A stretch of 64,000 nt of DNA from an uncultured Acidobacteriota bacterium (GTDB taxonomy: Bacteria; Acidobacteriota; Thermoanaerobaculia; UBA5066; DATFVB01). The translations under genes were made by a program, and so were the position numbers. Below are positions 11,870 through 20,250 of this stretch, piece after piece. The DNA lies in contig CAWEYG010000005.1 of NCBI GenBank assembly GCA_963813155.1, positions 1-64,000 of the forward strand, given 5' to 3'. Position 1 is the first letter of the stretch. Every line of letters starts with the position of its first letter. The notes below the pieces were generated by a model. That model made no database searches. It saw only the letters and a list, made by a program, of their open reading frames with translations, and was not told the DNA's origin.

Positions 11870-12613
11870 ATGAAACACCTTCTCACTCTCGCGCTCTTGG
11901 CAGCGCTCGCGGCAACAGTCGCGGCAGCAGATGAGCTTGTCATTGTTGGCGTGGGCCATCTCGGCCCGTTTGACACCACCTTGGAGCTCGCAAATCCGAC
12001 GCCGGCAGCGATGACCGTCATCTTCGACAGCAAGCCGCCGGAGAATATCGGTTGCCCCGGGAGCGGACCGCCTTGTTCGCCATACGTCATCATCCCCGCA
12101 CACGGCAGCGTTACGGTCGACCTGACAAAGTACCCGTTCGGCGCACTCGATCTTCTTTACTTCGGCGTTCGGGGCGCCACAGCGTTACCCTCGGTCCGGG
12201 CCACGATTACGAACGCGAACCTGCCACCCCAGGTCGTCAGCCTGCCCGTTTCGTCCCGCGCCGAGCTGGTGCAGGCAAATCGAACGGTCCTGAGCTTCGC
12301 TGGCGCATCACGGTCCGAAACGCAGCACAGCAACCTGATCCTCGCGAACATATACCCCACCGATGCCGAAAGCGTTGACCCTCTTCCTGTCACCATCACC
12401 GCTTACGACACCACCGGCATCGCTCTCGGCACAATGAGGGCTGTCGTCACCGATCATCCCCTGTTCCTCGTCGACATCTGTGAACAACTTGGCGTCCCGT
12501 CGCTTGACAGAGGCCAGCTTGAGGTTGCCAAGGTTGGCGGCAGCGGTGTACTCACCGGCCTGATGACCACCACGACCCCCGGAGGGGGAATCGCAGTGAG
12601 CACCTCATACTGA
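11870..12613 (+). CDS. Secreted hypothetical protein, probable tandem beta-sandwich
   Basis: Signal peptide MKHLLTLALLAALAATVAAA; GGAGAG RBS; motifs shared with 45358-46740. Confidence 0.75.
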   Translation: MKHLLTLALLAALAATVAAADELVIVGVGHLGPFDTTLELANPTPAAMTVIFDSKPPENIGCPGSGPPCSPYVIIPAHGSVTVDLTKYPFGALDLLYFGVRGATALPSVRATITNANLPPQVVSLPVSSRAELVQANRTVLSFAGASRSETQHSNLILANIYPTDAESVDPLPVTITAYDTTGIALGTMRAVVTDHPLFLVDICEQLGVPSLDRGQLEVAKVGGSGVLTGLMTTTTPGGGIAVSTSY

Positions 12614-12694
12614 TGAGAAGACATTCACAACCGCGGCGATGTGCGGCACGAAGGCCGGTGACGAAACGCCTTCCGCTGACGGGGAACACTCCCG

Positions 12695-12937
12695 TCAATG
12701 GCTGAACACGACGTTCCAGTTCCAAGGATACTGGTCGGTGTACCACCGGGGATTGGATTGTCTCTGACCCGTGGCGAACGCCAGACTGTTGGCCGGAATG
12801 AAGCCCTCTTGGAGCTGGAAGGAGATCCGGTTTCCGCCGGAATCGAAGGCGAGGAAGCCGTCCAGGATGCCGTTGAAAACTCCGCAGTTGGCCAGCCATC
12901 CGTACGCCTCGAGGTAGAGACAGCGCATGGCGAACAA
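12695..12937 (-). pseudogene. Probable C-terminal gene fragment or small hypothetical protein
   Basis: GC3-rich codons and protein-like sequence; frame closed by a stop just before the 12943 repeat; no RBS. Confidence 0.4.
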
Positions 12938-12942
12938 TCAAA

Positions 12943-12984
12943 GGGCGCGCAGCCGAGAAGTCTATGACGACTGCGAGCCAATCG
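12943..12984. repeat. 42-bp direct repeat, copy 2 (orphan tRNA promoter plus first 6 nt of tRNA)
   Basis: gggcgcgcagccgagaagtctatgacgactgcgagccaatcg. Confidence 0.9.
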
Positions 12985-13042
12985 GCCACCCTCGAGTGGT
13001 TCTCGTTGCCTCGGTGACGCAGACACTCGAGGATCTCGAGGC

Positions 13043-13588
13043 TCACGGAGAGGACTCCGATTCAAGTTCCTCCAGCCTCGGTCCCACGACCGGCCCGAGG
13101 TGGCGCCCCGTCTCGAAGAGCACGATACCGAAACCGATGATCGCGAAAAGCATCACGACCGCTGCCCACGGGTGCCGCGACCGAAGATGTTCCCACGAGG
13201 GGATGAACGCGAGAAATCCGAGGAGCGAGGCGATGAGGATTACCGCGTCGATGCTCGCGCGCTGCCAGTAGCTCCCTCCGAGATGCAGCCACATCCCGAA
13301 CTCGTCGAATGTGAGCGCCATCGCAAACCCGTAGGCCAGCGCGCTTCGGTCCGCCGCTCTTCCCGCCGGGCGACCGAAGAGCAGGTACGCTCCGACGCCG
13401 GCGAGGAGAAAGATGCCGTAGTTCAGATGGTGCACGTGGGTCCCCCGGAGAAAGAGAAACAGGTTGGGAAGTCGCCGGTCCATGATCAGGAAAACGAGCG
13501 CGCGGGAGGCGGCGAACGTCAGCGTAAAGCTGAACAACGCCCGGCGTGCAAGGCGAGCGGTATCCGACTCGGCGGTCAGATCGATCAC
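13043..13588 (-). CDS. Integral membrane protein with HVHH motif
   Basis: GTG start overlapping the upstream stop (GTGA); GTHVHHLNYGI, ALTFDEFGMWL; about 5 TM helices. Confidence 0.75.
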   Translation of the reverse strand: MIDLTAESDTARLARRALFSFTLTFAASRALVFLIMDRRLPNLFLFLRGTHVHHLNYGIFLLAGVGAYLLFGRPAGRAADRSALAYGFAMALTFDEFGMWLHLGGSYWQRASIDAVILIASLLGFLAFIPSWEHLRSRHPWAAVVMLFAIIGFGIVLFETGRHLGPVVGPRLEELESESSP

Positions 13589-13839
13589 CGCCTGGCGCAG
13601 TTCCACATATCGAGGGCGACACGGGCACGATTCTTGGGATCGATTTTCACCGGCAGGATTTTTCCGGGTTGGACTTGCGGAACGTCGAGACGGGAAATCA
13701 GTCCCTTGCTCTGCGCTTCGTATGCCTCGCCGTCGCGCGGATGGATCTCCAGCACAAAATCGACCACCGGGTCGTCGTTGATCGTCGTACCGGTGTCGAT
13801 CAAACGGACGATCTTTGCCGTCGGACACCTCCTCACCAT
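13585..13839 (-). CDS. Small beta-barrel hypothetical protein, apparently N-terminally truncated
   Basis: AKIVRLIDTGTTINDDPVV...QPGKILPVKIDPKN; no N-terminal anchor; abuts the end of the serine hydrolase gene. Confidence 0.6.
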   Translation of the reverse strand: MVRRCPTAKIVRLIDTGTTINDDPVVDFVLEIHPRDGEAYEAQSKGLISRLDVPQVQPGKILPVKIDPKNRARVALDMWNCARR

Positions 13840-15293
13840 TGCTTTTGCAACAGGTATTGCTGAATCTTCCCGTCGGTGCTGCGGAACATCTGGACCTCGA
13901 GCGTCGTCGAGCCGAAGACGATCAGGCTCCAACTCTGCTCCATGCCCCCGCGTTCCCTCACCCTTTCGACTTTCACCGACATCGGCACTCCAAGGCTTGA
14001 AAATCGAGCGTGGGCGTCACTGACTCTTGCGTCGGTGAGATATGCGTTGAAATCGGGGCCGAAACGCAAGCGATTGACCTGGCCCGATTGAAGCTCAATG
14101 AACAAGCTGCGCACCGTTTCCTGCACCGAAGGGCCCGTGACTTGCACCGTGGGCGCAGCCTCGTTGGTGATCGCCCGAACCAAATCGTTGGCAAGGTCGC
14201 CCAAATCGATGTCGTCTCGGTTCGAAAGCAGCACCAGCGCAGATTTCGTATGGGGTATGAAGGCGTTAAAGGATTGAAAACCTGACTGTTCACCATCGTG
14301 CTCAAGCACGGTCAGGTTGTGGCTACGGCTCACCGATATGCCGCAACCGTAAGTTGTGCTCTCGCCGTCCGCGAGGGTCCGCGGCGTGACCAGTCGGGCG
14401 AACGAATCGGGCTTGAGTATCTTGCCGTCCATTAGGGCTAAATCCCACTTCGCAAGATCGGTTGCCGTGGATACCAGACCTCCTGCCCCGAAGTTCCAGT
14501 CGTCGGCTTCTGGAATGGCAACTTCCGGCGGCCCGGAGGCGAAGGAAGTGTACCCCGTGGCCATATCGTGAGGCGCCGGCCTGGGCGTGTATGCGGAACG
14601 GGTCATTCCAAGGGGAAGGAAGATCTGTTCTTCCATCAGCTTGTTGAGAGACTTGCCCGAAGCCTTTTCGACGATGCGACCCAGCAGCACGTAGCCAGTG
14701 CCGGTGTACGACCACCGGGTGCGCGGCTCGAAGTCGAGTGGGCGTCGCCCGTATCGGGCAATGATCTCGTCGGGCGTCACGGGTTGGCGCATTTCCAGGT
14801 CCACGAAGTCGAACGGGTAGCTGTCCGGATACCCCGAGACGTGTGTTGCGAGATCGTACAGGGTCACGTCCGAGGCGCGGGTCACCTCGGGGTAGTACTT
14901 GGCAACGGGATCATCCAGGCTGAGCCGACCCCGCTCCGCGAGTAAGAGCATGCAGGTCGAAGTGAATTGCTTGCTGACGGACCCGGTGGGAAAAGGCGTG
15001 CTGGCGACGACGGGCAGCACTGGCGCGAGCGAACGGTTGCCGTATCCCTTCACCAAAACGAGCTTTCCTTGATGTGCGATGGCGACCGAGAGTCCAACGA
15101 AGCCGCGCGCCTTGATGTACGTTGCGAGATACCTGTCGATCGCGTCAAGATCGAAGGAGGTTGGCGGCTTTATCGCCACCTTCACAGGACCCTGGGCTTT
15201 GATTGTCGTACACGACACCGCGCCGAAGACCATGATTACTGCGCGAAGGATGCTCGAGCGATTCATCGACGGCGAGTATTCCACAATGCGCAC
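13833..15293 (-). CDS. Serine hydrolase, beta-lactamase class C-like/PBP fold, probable lipoprotein
   Basis: GSVSKQF (SxxK), LATHVSG, FEPRTRWSYTG, EHDG; GAVSC lipobox; true start may be MNRSS. Confidence 0.85.
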   Translation of the reverse strand: MRIVEYSPSMNRSSILRAVIMVFGAVSCTTIKAQGPVKVAIKPPTSFDLDAIDRYLATYIKARGFVGLSVAIAHQGKLVLVKGYGNRSLAPVLPVVASTPFPTGSVSKQFTSTCMLLLAERGRLSLDDPVAKYYPEVTRASDVTLYDLATHVSGYPDSYPFDFVDLEMRQPVTPDEIIARYGRRPLDFEPRTRWSYTGTGYVLLGRIVEKASGKSLNKLMEEQIFLPLGMTRSAYTPRPAPHDMATGYTSFASGPPEVAIPEADDWNFGAGGLVSTATDLAKWDLALMDGKILKPDSFARLVTPRTLADGESTTYGCGISVSRSHNLTVLEHDGEQSGFQSFNAFIPHTKSALVLLSNRDDIDLGDLANDLVRAITNEAAPTVQVTGPSVQETVRSLFIELQSGQVNRLRFGPDFNAYLTDARVSDAHARFSSLGVPMSVKVERVRERGGMEQSWSLIVFGSTTLEVQMFRSTDGKIQQYLLQKQW

Positions 15294-15369
15294 GAGTGAG
15301 AAGGAATTCGGGACGGGCTTATTTTCGTACTGTATTTGTCGGTCGATCCGCCCGGTCTCGACTCAATTC

Positions 15370-15444
15370 GTGCGCCCGGAGGGGTTCGAACCCCCAACCC
15401 TCGGATCCCAAGTCTGATGCTCAATCCCGTTGAGCTACTGGCAC
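15370..15444 (-). pseudogene. Decayed full-length copy of the tRNA-Arg gene (anticodon now UGG)
   Basis: 75/82 identity to 11563-11644 over 15370-15451, including the 5' leader; A-G mismatch in acceptor stem, A-C mismatch in anticodon stem, no CCA. Confidence 0.85.
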
Positions 15445-15463
15445 GCAGCCGCAGTTTATCGAA

Positions 15464-16009
15464 CTAGCCGTCGCGGAGGGACCAGTCGAAAGGGATCGCG
15501 CCGGAATGCGGGTCGATACGGGACTTGTCCGGATCGGCGGGATTGAAGCGGGCCGTCCCGAAATTGCTGATCCTTCCGAGGGTCGTCCCCCAGTTCTGGG
15601 TTGCGTGCCACACGCCCTGCGGAATGTAGAGCAGGCCGTAGGTGCCTCCCGTAAAGTGGAACTCGCAGAAATTCCCTCGCGTCGCGGAATTTTCGCGGCC
15701 GTCATGCAAAACGACGCGAAGGTCCCCCTCTTGCACGAAGTAGCGGTCGGCCTGCCGGCGATGCATGCCCCATCCTTTGATTCGCGCGGGCCGAATCGTG
15801 AACTGGTAGGCGTGAACGATCGGCTCGGACCAGAACGGATTCGCGAAATCCATGAAGGGAACGAGCGCCCCGCGCGGATCGTGGTACCCGATGATCCGCT
15901 GGATCCGCACTCCGCTGATGTTTTTCGCGACGACCTGGTCGGGCTCTTCCTCTCGAGCTCGATCCGCTCTCGCGGAGCTCAGGTCCGGCTCGGTTTTCTT
16001 CGCGGTCAT
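15464..16009 (-). CDS. dTDP-4-dehydrorhamnose 3,5-epimerase-like (RmlC cupin) protein
   Basis: HDPRG, IKGWGMHRRQADRY, LHDGRENSAT, LYIPQGVWHA. Confidence 0.8.
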   Translation of the reverse strand: MTAKKTEPDLSSARADRAREEEPDQVVAKNISGVRIQRIIGYHDPRGALVPFMDFANPFWSEPIVHAYQFTIRPARIKGWGMHRRQADRYFVQEGDLRVVLHDGRENSATRGNFCEFHFTGGTYGLLYIPQGVWHATQNWGTTLGRISNFGTARFNPADPDKSRIDPHSGAIPFDWSLRDG

Positions 16010-16014
16010 CCCGC

Positions 16015-16524
16015 TCAGCGCTTTCGCGTTTCCTTTCCGATCGTGATCTTGAACCCGTCGGGGTCGGTCATCGAGAAGTCGCGGCTCCCCCACGGCTGAT
16101 CGGTCGGCGGCGTGTCGAGCATCCCGCCCCGCGCCTGGATCGCCGCCGCAAGCGCGTCGACGTCCTGCTTCGTGCCGCAATAGATCCGGAACGCTTCGCC
16201 TTTCCGGCGGTCGCGGCCCTTCTGCCAGTCGTCCTGGCCGATCATGAACGTCACGTCGCCCGCCTGGAGCGACACGCCCATGAGCTTTCCGTCCCGCTCC
16301 CACCTCTCGTCGATCGCGAAACCGACGACGTCCCGGTACCAGGCGAGGCTCTTCTCCAGGTCGTTCACCGTGAAGGACGGCGACGCGTCGGTCATCGCCA
16401 GGCCGCCGGACTTCTTCGGGGCCTTCCTCTTCGGCGCTTTCCTCTTCGCAGCCCTCGCGGGCCGGCGGGCGGATTTCTTCGGCGCGGATTTCTTCGTCTT
16501 CTTCTCGGCTTTCTTTGCGGCCAT
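16015..16524 (-). CDS. VOC/glyoxalase-bleomycin resistance family protein with Lys/Ala-rich N-terminal tail
   Basis: VNDLEKSLAWYRDVVGF, DQPWGSRDFSMTDPDGFKITIG; GGAGG RBS. Confidence 0.85.
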   Translation of the reverse strand: MAAKKAEKKTKKSAPKKSARRPARAAKRKAPKRKAPKKSGGLAMTDASPSFTVNDLEKSLAWYRDVVGFAIDERWERDGKLMGVSLQAGDVTFMIGQDDWQKGRDRRKGEAFRIYCGTKQDVDALAAAIQARGGMLDTPPTDQPWGSRDFSMTDPDGFKITIGKETRKR

Positions 16525-16608
16525 GGCATTCCCTCCGCCTCGAATGCTATCGAATTCGCGATCCGAAAGAGTCGGCGAGGGATCCCCGAGAGCAGGGCGC
16601 GAGTCCGA

Positions 16609-16803
16609 CTACAGGACGCAGGTCTCTCGCGTCTCCTCGGGAGTCGTGCGGCGATGCTCGTAAACATCCTGGCCGCTCGTATCGCTGAAGCGGCCCAGCC
16701 GCCCGCAGCGCGGACAAAGGGCGATCACTCCCCCCTCGACGACCTCGCCTTCGGTCATGTTCGTGTAGTCCTCGAACGCCGGTTCGACATCCAAAACTGC
16801 CAT
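16609..16803 (-). CDS. 64-aa putative zinc-binding protein
   Basis: GGAGGAG RBS; CPRC...H...C; sigma54-like promoter upstream. Confidence 0.6.
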   Translation of the reverse strand: MAVLDVEPAFEDYTNMTEGEVVEGGVIALCPRCGRLGRFSDTSGQDVYEHRRTTPEETRETCVL

Positions 16804-16829
16804 TTGCGCTCCTCCCCGCCAGAAGCGAG

Positions 16830-16845
16830 TGCAAGAGCGGTGCCC
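16830..16845 (-). promoter_or_regulatory. Putative sigma54 promoter
   Basis: Minus strand GGGCACCGCTCTTGCA (GG-N10-GC), about 27 nt upstream of the ATG at 16803. Confidence 0.6.
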
Positions 16846-16852
16846 ACTGCCC

Positions 16853-19800
16853 TTATTCCGGCTTCCACTCCGGGAATCGCCCGGGCGTCCAGGGCGCCCC
16901 CGCCGCTTCCATCCGGTCCTCGAGCCTCTTCAAGTCCGTCTGGACGAGCGAGCGCAGCCTGCCGAGCAAGCCCGCGAAGTCCTCCGAGGCGATTGAATAG
17001 TCGGCCAGGCTCGTCCGGGTCGGCGCGGAAGTCGCGTTCCACTGCGTGCCGACGATCGTGTCGACCCGGTCCTGGATCGCCGGAGGGGTCGGGTAGCTTC
17101 GCCGCTGGGCCTCGGAGTCGCCGCGCAGCTCGAGGTCGATTCCGCGGAGGCGCGATTCGATCGCCCGGGCGTCGTCACCGAGCGAGGGGTCGGCGCCGGG
17201 CGCGTCGAGGAGCGATTGCTTGATCAGGGTGAGATGCTCCTTCGTCTGATCGATCAGCTCGCCCGCTCCGCGAACGGCTCTCTGCAGCCTCGCCGTCTTC
17301 AGCTCGAACTGCAGAAGGGCCGCGCGATCGGCCCCGGGAACGTCGCCGACGCCCGCCGCCTCGAAGGATTGAGGCTCACCGATCGGGGTCAGCTTTCCGT
17401 CGACCCGCTTCGCGAGCGAAACGGTGTAGCGGCCCGGCGCGGCCATTGGCCCGACGGGAGGCGCCGCGAAGGGGTCGGTCGAAGGGGGTTTGAGCGAGGT
17501 CGGAACAAAGGCCGGGTACCGCAGGTCCCAGGCGATCCGGTGCACGCCCGCCGTTCCTGGAGCCTTCAGACGCCGAACCGCATGGCCCTCCGCATCCGAG
17601 ATCGTCACAATCAGCGAAGGGTCCTCTTCGTCCACTTCGGCCCGGAGGTCGGCGAGCGACGCATACGCCATCTCGCCTTCCTTCTTTTCGGCTTCCTTCT
17701 CGCGCTCGTGGCGGAGTTTTTTCTTCGTCTGGAGCTCGTTCTTGAGGTAGTACGTGATGACGGCCCCGAACGGAGGATTCGGCGCCGAATAGAAGGCGTC
17801 TCCCTGGAACGCCTTTCCCGGAAGGCCCAGCGGCGCCAACGGCATCGCGACGCGCGCCGGCTTCACCGGAAAGATCGCCGCCTCTTTCGCGAAATCGGAG
17901 TCCTTCGCCGCGCGGAGAGGCGTGTAGTCGTCCAGAATGTAGAACCCCCGGCCGAACGTCGCGAGCACGAGGTCGTTTTCCCTCTTCTGGATCGCGATGT
18001 CGCGAACCGAGATCGTCGGGAGGCCTCCCTTGAGCTGCACCCAGTGGCCTCCGCCGTTTTTCGTGAAGAAAAGCCCGTACTCCGTTCCGGCGAACAGCAG
18101 GCTGCGGTCCACCGGGTCCTCGGCCAGCGCCCACACCGTGCCTCGCGCGGGCAGGTCTCCCGCAATCGACTTCCAGGTCGCGCCGCGATCGTCGCTGCGC
18201 AGGAGGTAGGGCGCGAAATCGCCCATGTTGTGGTTGTCGAAGGCCGCATAAACCGTGTTCTTGTCGTGCGAAGAGGCCGTCAGCCGGCTCACATACGACA
18301 TGTCGGGGACTCCCGGGAATTTCTCGGCGCGGCGCCAGTTCTTGCCCCCGTCTTCGCTCATCTGAACGAGTCCGTCGTCGGTTCCGACGTAGAGAAGCCC
18401 TTCCTGGACCGGGGACTCCGAGAGCGAAACGATGTTTCCGAAAAACGACGTCGACCCGCTCTTGTAGATCGCGTCGGGCGGCCAGATTTTTCCCATGACC
18501 TTCAGCTTGTCGCGATCGAGCTGGCGCGTGAGGTCCGGGCTCACCGCCGTCCACGTGTCTCCCCGGTCCTCGCTGCGAAACAGCCGGTTCGCCGCGAAAT
18601 AGATTCGCGTGTGCTTGTGGGGGCTGATCAGGATTGGCGAGTCCCAGTTCCACCGAAGGCCCGCTTCTCCCTTCCCGGGTTCGGGCTGGATGAACAGCTG
18701 CTCGCCGGTCCGGCGGTCCATTCGGTTGATCGCGCCGTACTGGGCCTCGGAGTAGATCGTGTTGGGGTCTTCCGGATCGACCTGGCTGAAAAACCCGTCC
18801 CCGGTCGAGGTCGCGAACCAGTCGGAGTTCGTGATTCCCTGCAACCCGAAAGTCCGGGAAGGGCCGCCGAGGCTGAAGTTGTCCTGCGTGCCGCCGTAGA
18901 CGTTGTAGACCGGCGCCGCGTTGTCCAGGCCGACGCGATAGAACTGCGTCACCGGAAGGTTCGCCTTGAACTGCCACGTCGCCGCGCGGTCGAGCGTTTC
19001 GTAGACTCCCCCGTCGCACCCCACCAGCAGGTGGTTCGTGTCGCTCGGATCGATCCACATCACGTGGTTGTCGGGATGCTTGTTCGCCTCGCCGAGCTTG
19101 TGCCACGTCTTTGCGCCGTCTTCGGAAACCTGGATCCAGACATCCATCGAATAGAGGCGGTCCGCGTTCTTCGGATCGACGAAGATCCGCGCGTACGCCA
19201 TGGCGGCGCCCGCGAAATAGTCGTTTCTCTTCTCCCACGTCGCGCCCCGGTCGCCGGAGCGAAACATCCCGCCCGCCTTGTTGGCGGCTTCGATCGTCGC
19301 GTAGACCATGTCCGGATTCGCCGGCGAGATCGCGAGGCCGATCCGTCCCATGTCTTCTTTCGGCAGGCCTCCCGCGAGCTTCGTCCAGGTCGCTCCGGCG
19401 TCGACCGACTTGTAGATCGCCGATTCCGGGCCGCCGTCGATCATCGTCCAGACGTGCCGCCGCCGCTGGTACGACGAGGCGTAGAGCACGTCGGGGTCGC
19501 GCGGATCCATGACGACGTCGGTGACTCCCGTGTTCTCGGAGATCGTGAGCACGGCCTTCCAGGTCTTTCCGGCGTCGGTCGTTTTGTAGAGGCCCCGGTC
19601 CCCTCCTGCCGACCAGAGCGGCCCCTGGGCGGCGGCATACACGACTTTCGAATCGCGCGGGTCGATCAGGATCTTCGAGATGTGCTCGGAGCTCTTCAGC
19701 CCGAGGTTCTTCCAGGAGCCGCCTCCGTCGTCGGAGCGGTAGATCCCGTCGCCGTAGTACACGGCCCGCTGGCCGTTGTTTTCACCCGTTCCGACCCAGA

Positions 19801-20176
19801 CGACCGACGGGTTCTTCGGGTCGATCGCGACGCAGCCGATCGAATACGACCCTTCGTGATCGAACACGGGTGTCCAGGTCGTGCCGTCGTTGCCCGTCTT
19901 CCAGACTCCCCCCGAAGCGACCGCGACGAAGTAGCGGTGAGGGTTCCCGGGATCGACCGCGATGTCGGCGATCCTTCCCGAAGCGATTCCCGGCCCGATC
20001 GAGCGCAGCTCGAGCCCGCTCCAAATCTCCGAAGGGGATTTCGGGGACGTGTCGGAGCTCGATTTCGAGCCCGAGCCAGACGGCTTCGGCGCGTCGGTCG
20101 CCTTTTTCGAGCGCGCGGCTCCCGCGGTCATCGCGCATCCCAGGAGCAGGATCCACGGCAGGGAAATCTTCTTCAC
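16853..20176 (-). CDS. Secreted VPS10/sortilin-like BNR-repeat glycosyl hydrolase
   Basis: Many S/T-x-D-x-G-x-T-W Asp-box repeats, VYGGTQDN, LVLATFGRG; GTG start with GGAGA RBS and signal peptide. Confidence 0.9.
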   Translation of the reverse strand: MKKISLPWILLLGCAMTAGAARSKKATDAPKPSGSGSKSSSDTSPKSPSEIWSGLELRSIGPGIASGRIADIAVDPGNPHRYFVAVASGGVWKTGNDGTTWTPVFDHEGSYSIGCVAIDPKNPSVVWVGTGENNGQRAVYYGDGIYRSDDGGGSWKNLGLKSSEHISKILIDPRDSKVVYAAAQGPLWSAGGDRGLYKTTDAGKTWKAVLTISENTGVTDVVMDPRDPDVLYASSYQRRRHVWTMIDGGPESAIYKSVDAGATWTKLAGGLPKEDMGRIGLAISPANPDMVYATIEAANKAGGMFRSGDRGATWEKRNDYFAGAAMAYARIFVDPKNADRLYSMDVWIQVSEDGAKTWHKLGEANKHPDNHVMWIDPSDTNHLLVGCDGGVYETLDRAATWQFKANLPVTQFYRVGLDNAAPVYNVYGGTQDNFSLGGPSRTFGLQGITNSDWFATSTGDGFFSQVDPEDPNTIYSEAQYGAINRMDRRTGEQLFIQPEPGKGEAGLRWNWDSPILISPHKHTRIYFAANRLFRSEDRGDTWTAVSPDLTRQLDRDKLKVMGKIWPPDAIYKSGSTSFFGNIVSLSESPVQEGLLYVGTDDGLVQMSEDGGKNWRRAEKFPGVPDMSYVSRLTASSHDKNTVYAAFDNHNMGDFAPYLLRSDDRGATWKSIAGDLPARGTVWALAEDPVDRSLLFAGTEYGLFFTKNGGGHWVQLKGGLPTISVRDIAIQKRENDLVLATFGRGFYILDDYTPLRAAKDSDFAKEAAIFPVKPARVAMPLAPLGLPGKAFQGDAFYSAPNPPFGAVITYYLKNELQTKKKLRHEREKEAEKKEGEMAYASLADLRAEVDEEDPSLIVTISDAEGHAVRRLKAPGTAGVHRIAWDLRYPAFVPTSLKPPSTDPFAAPPVGPMAAPGRYTVSLAKRVDGKLTPIGEPQSFEAAGVGDVPGADRAALLQFELKTARLQRAVRGAGELIDQTKEHLTLIKQSLLDAPGADPSLGDDARAIESRLRGIDLELRGDSEAQRRSYPTPPAIQDRVDTIVGTQWNATSAPTRTSLADYSIASEDFAGLLGRLRSLVQTDLKRLEDRMEAAGAPWTPGRFPEWKPE

Positions 20177-20250
20177 GGCGTCTCCTTTTGAAAACGAACG
20201 AAGGATATACGACAACCGGGCCGCGAAGTTTTGGTAAGCTTTCCGAAGAA

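Larger units (their letters stand above)
11674..15369. mobile_element. Putative tRNA-associated genomic islet (no integrase present)
   Basis: Bounded by the intact and decayed tRNA copies, contains an internal tRNA-5' repeat, visibly lower GC in parts, and truncated ORFs. Confidence 0.6.

Noticed and set aside
13833-15293. Antibiotic-resistance beta-lactamase call (also the MBL-fold genes at 43962 and 57811)
   Set aside because: Fold-level similarity only; motifs fit general serine hydrolases, NAPE-PLD-like and PDE-like enzymes.
15370-15444. Functional tRNA-Pro(UGG) or recoding tRNA
   Set aside because: Arg-type body, mismatches in two stems, no CCA, and lacks the C1-G72 pair typical of tRNA-Pro.
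17216-20191. 991-aa ORF antisense to the VPS10 gene (likewise 50018-52378 and 54763-57801)
   Set aside because: Shadow ORFs expected from high GC3 codon bias; no motifs, and a well-supported gene lies on the other strand.
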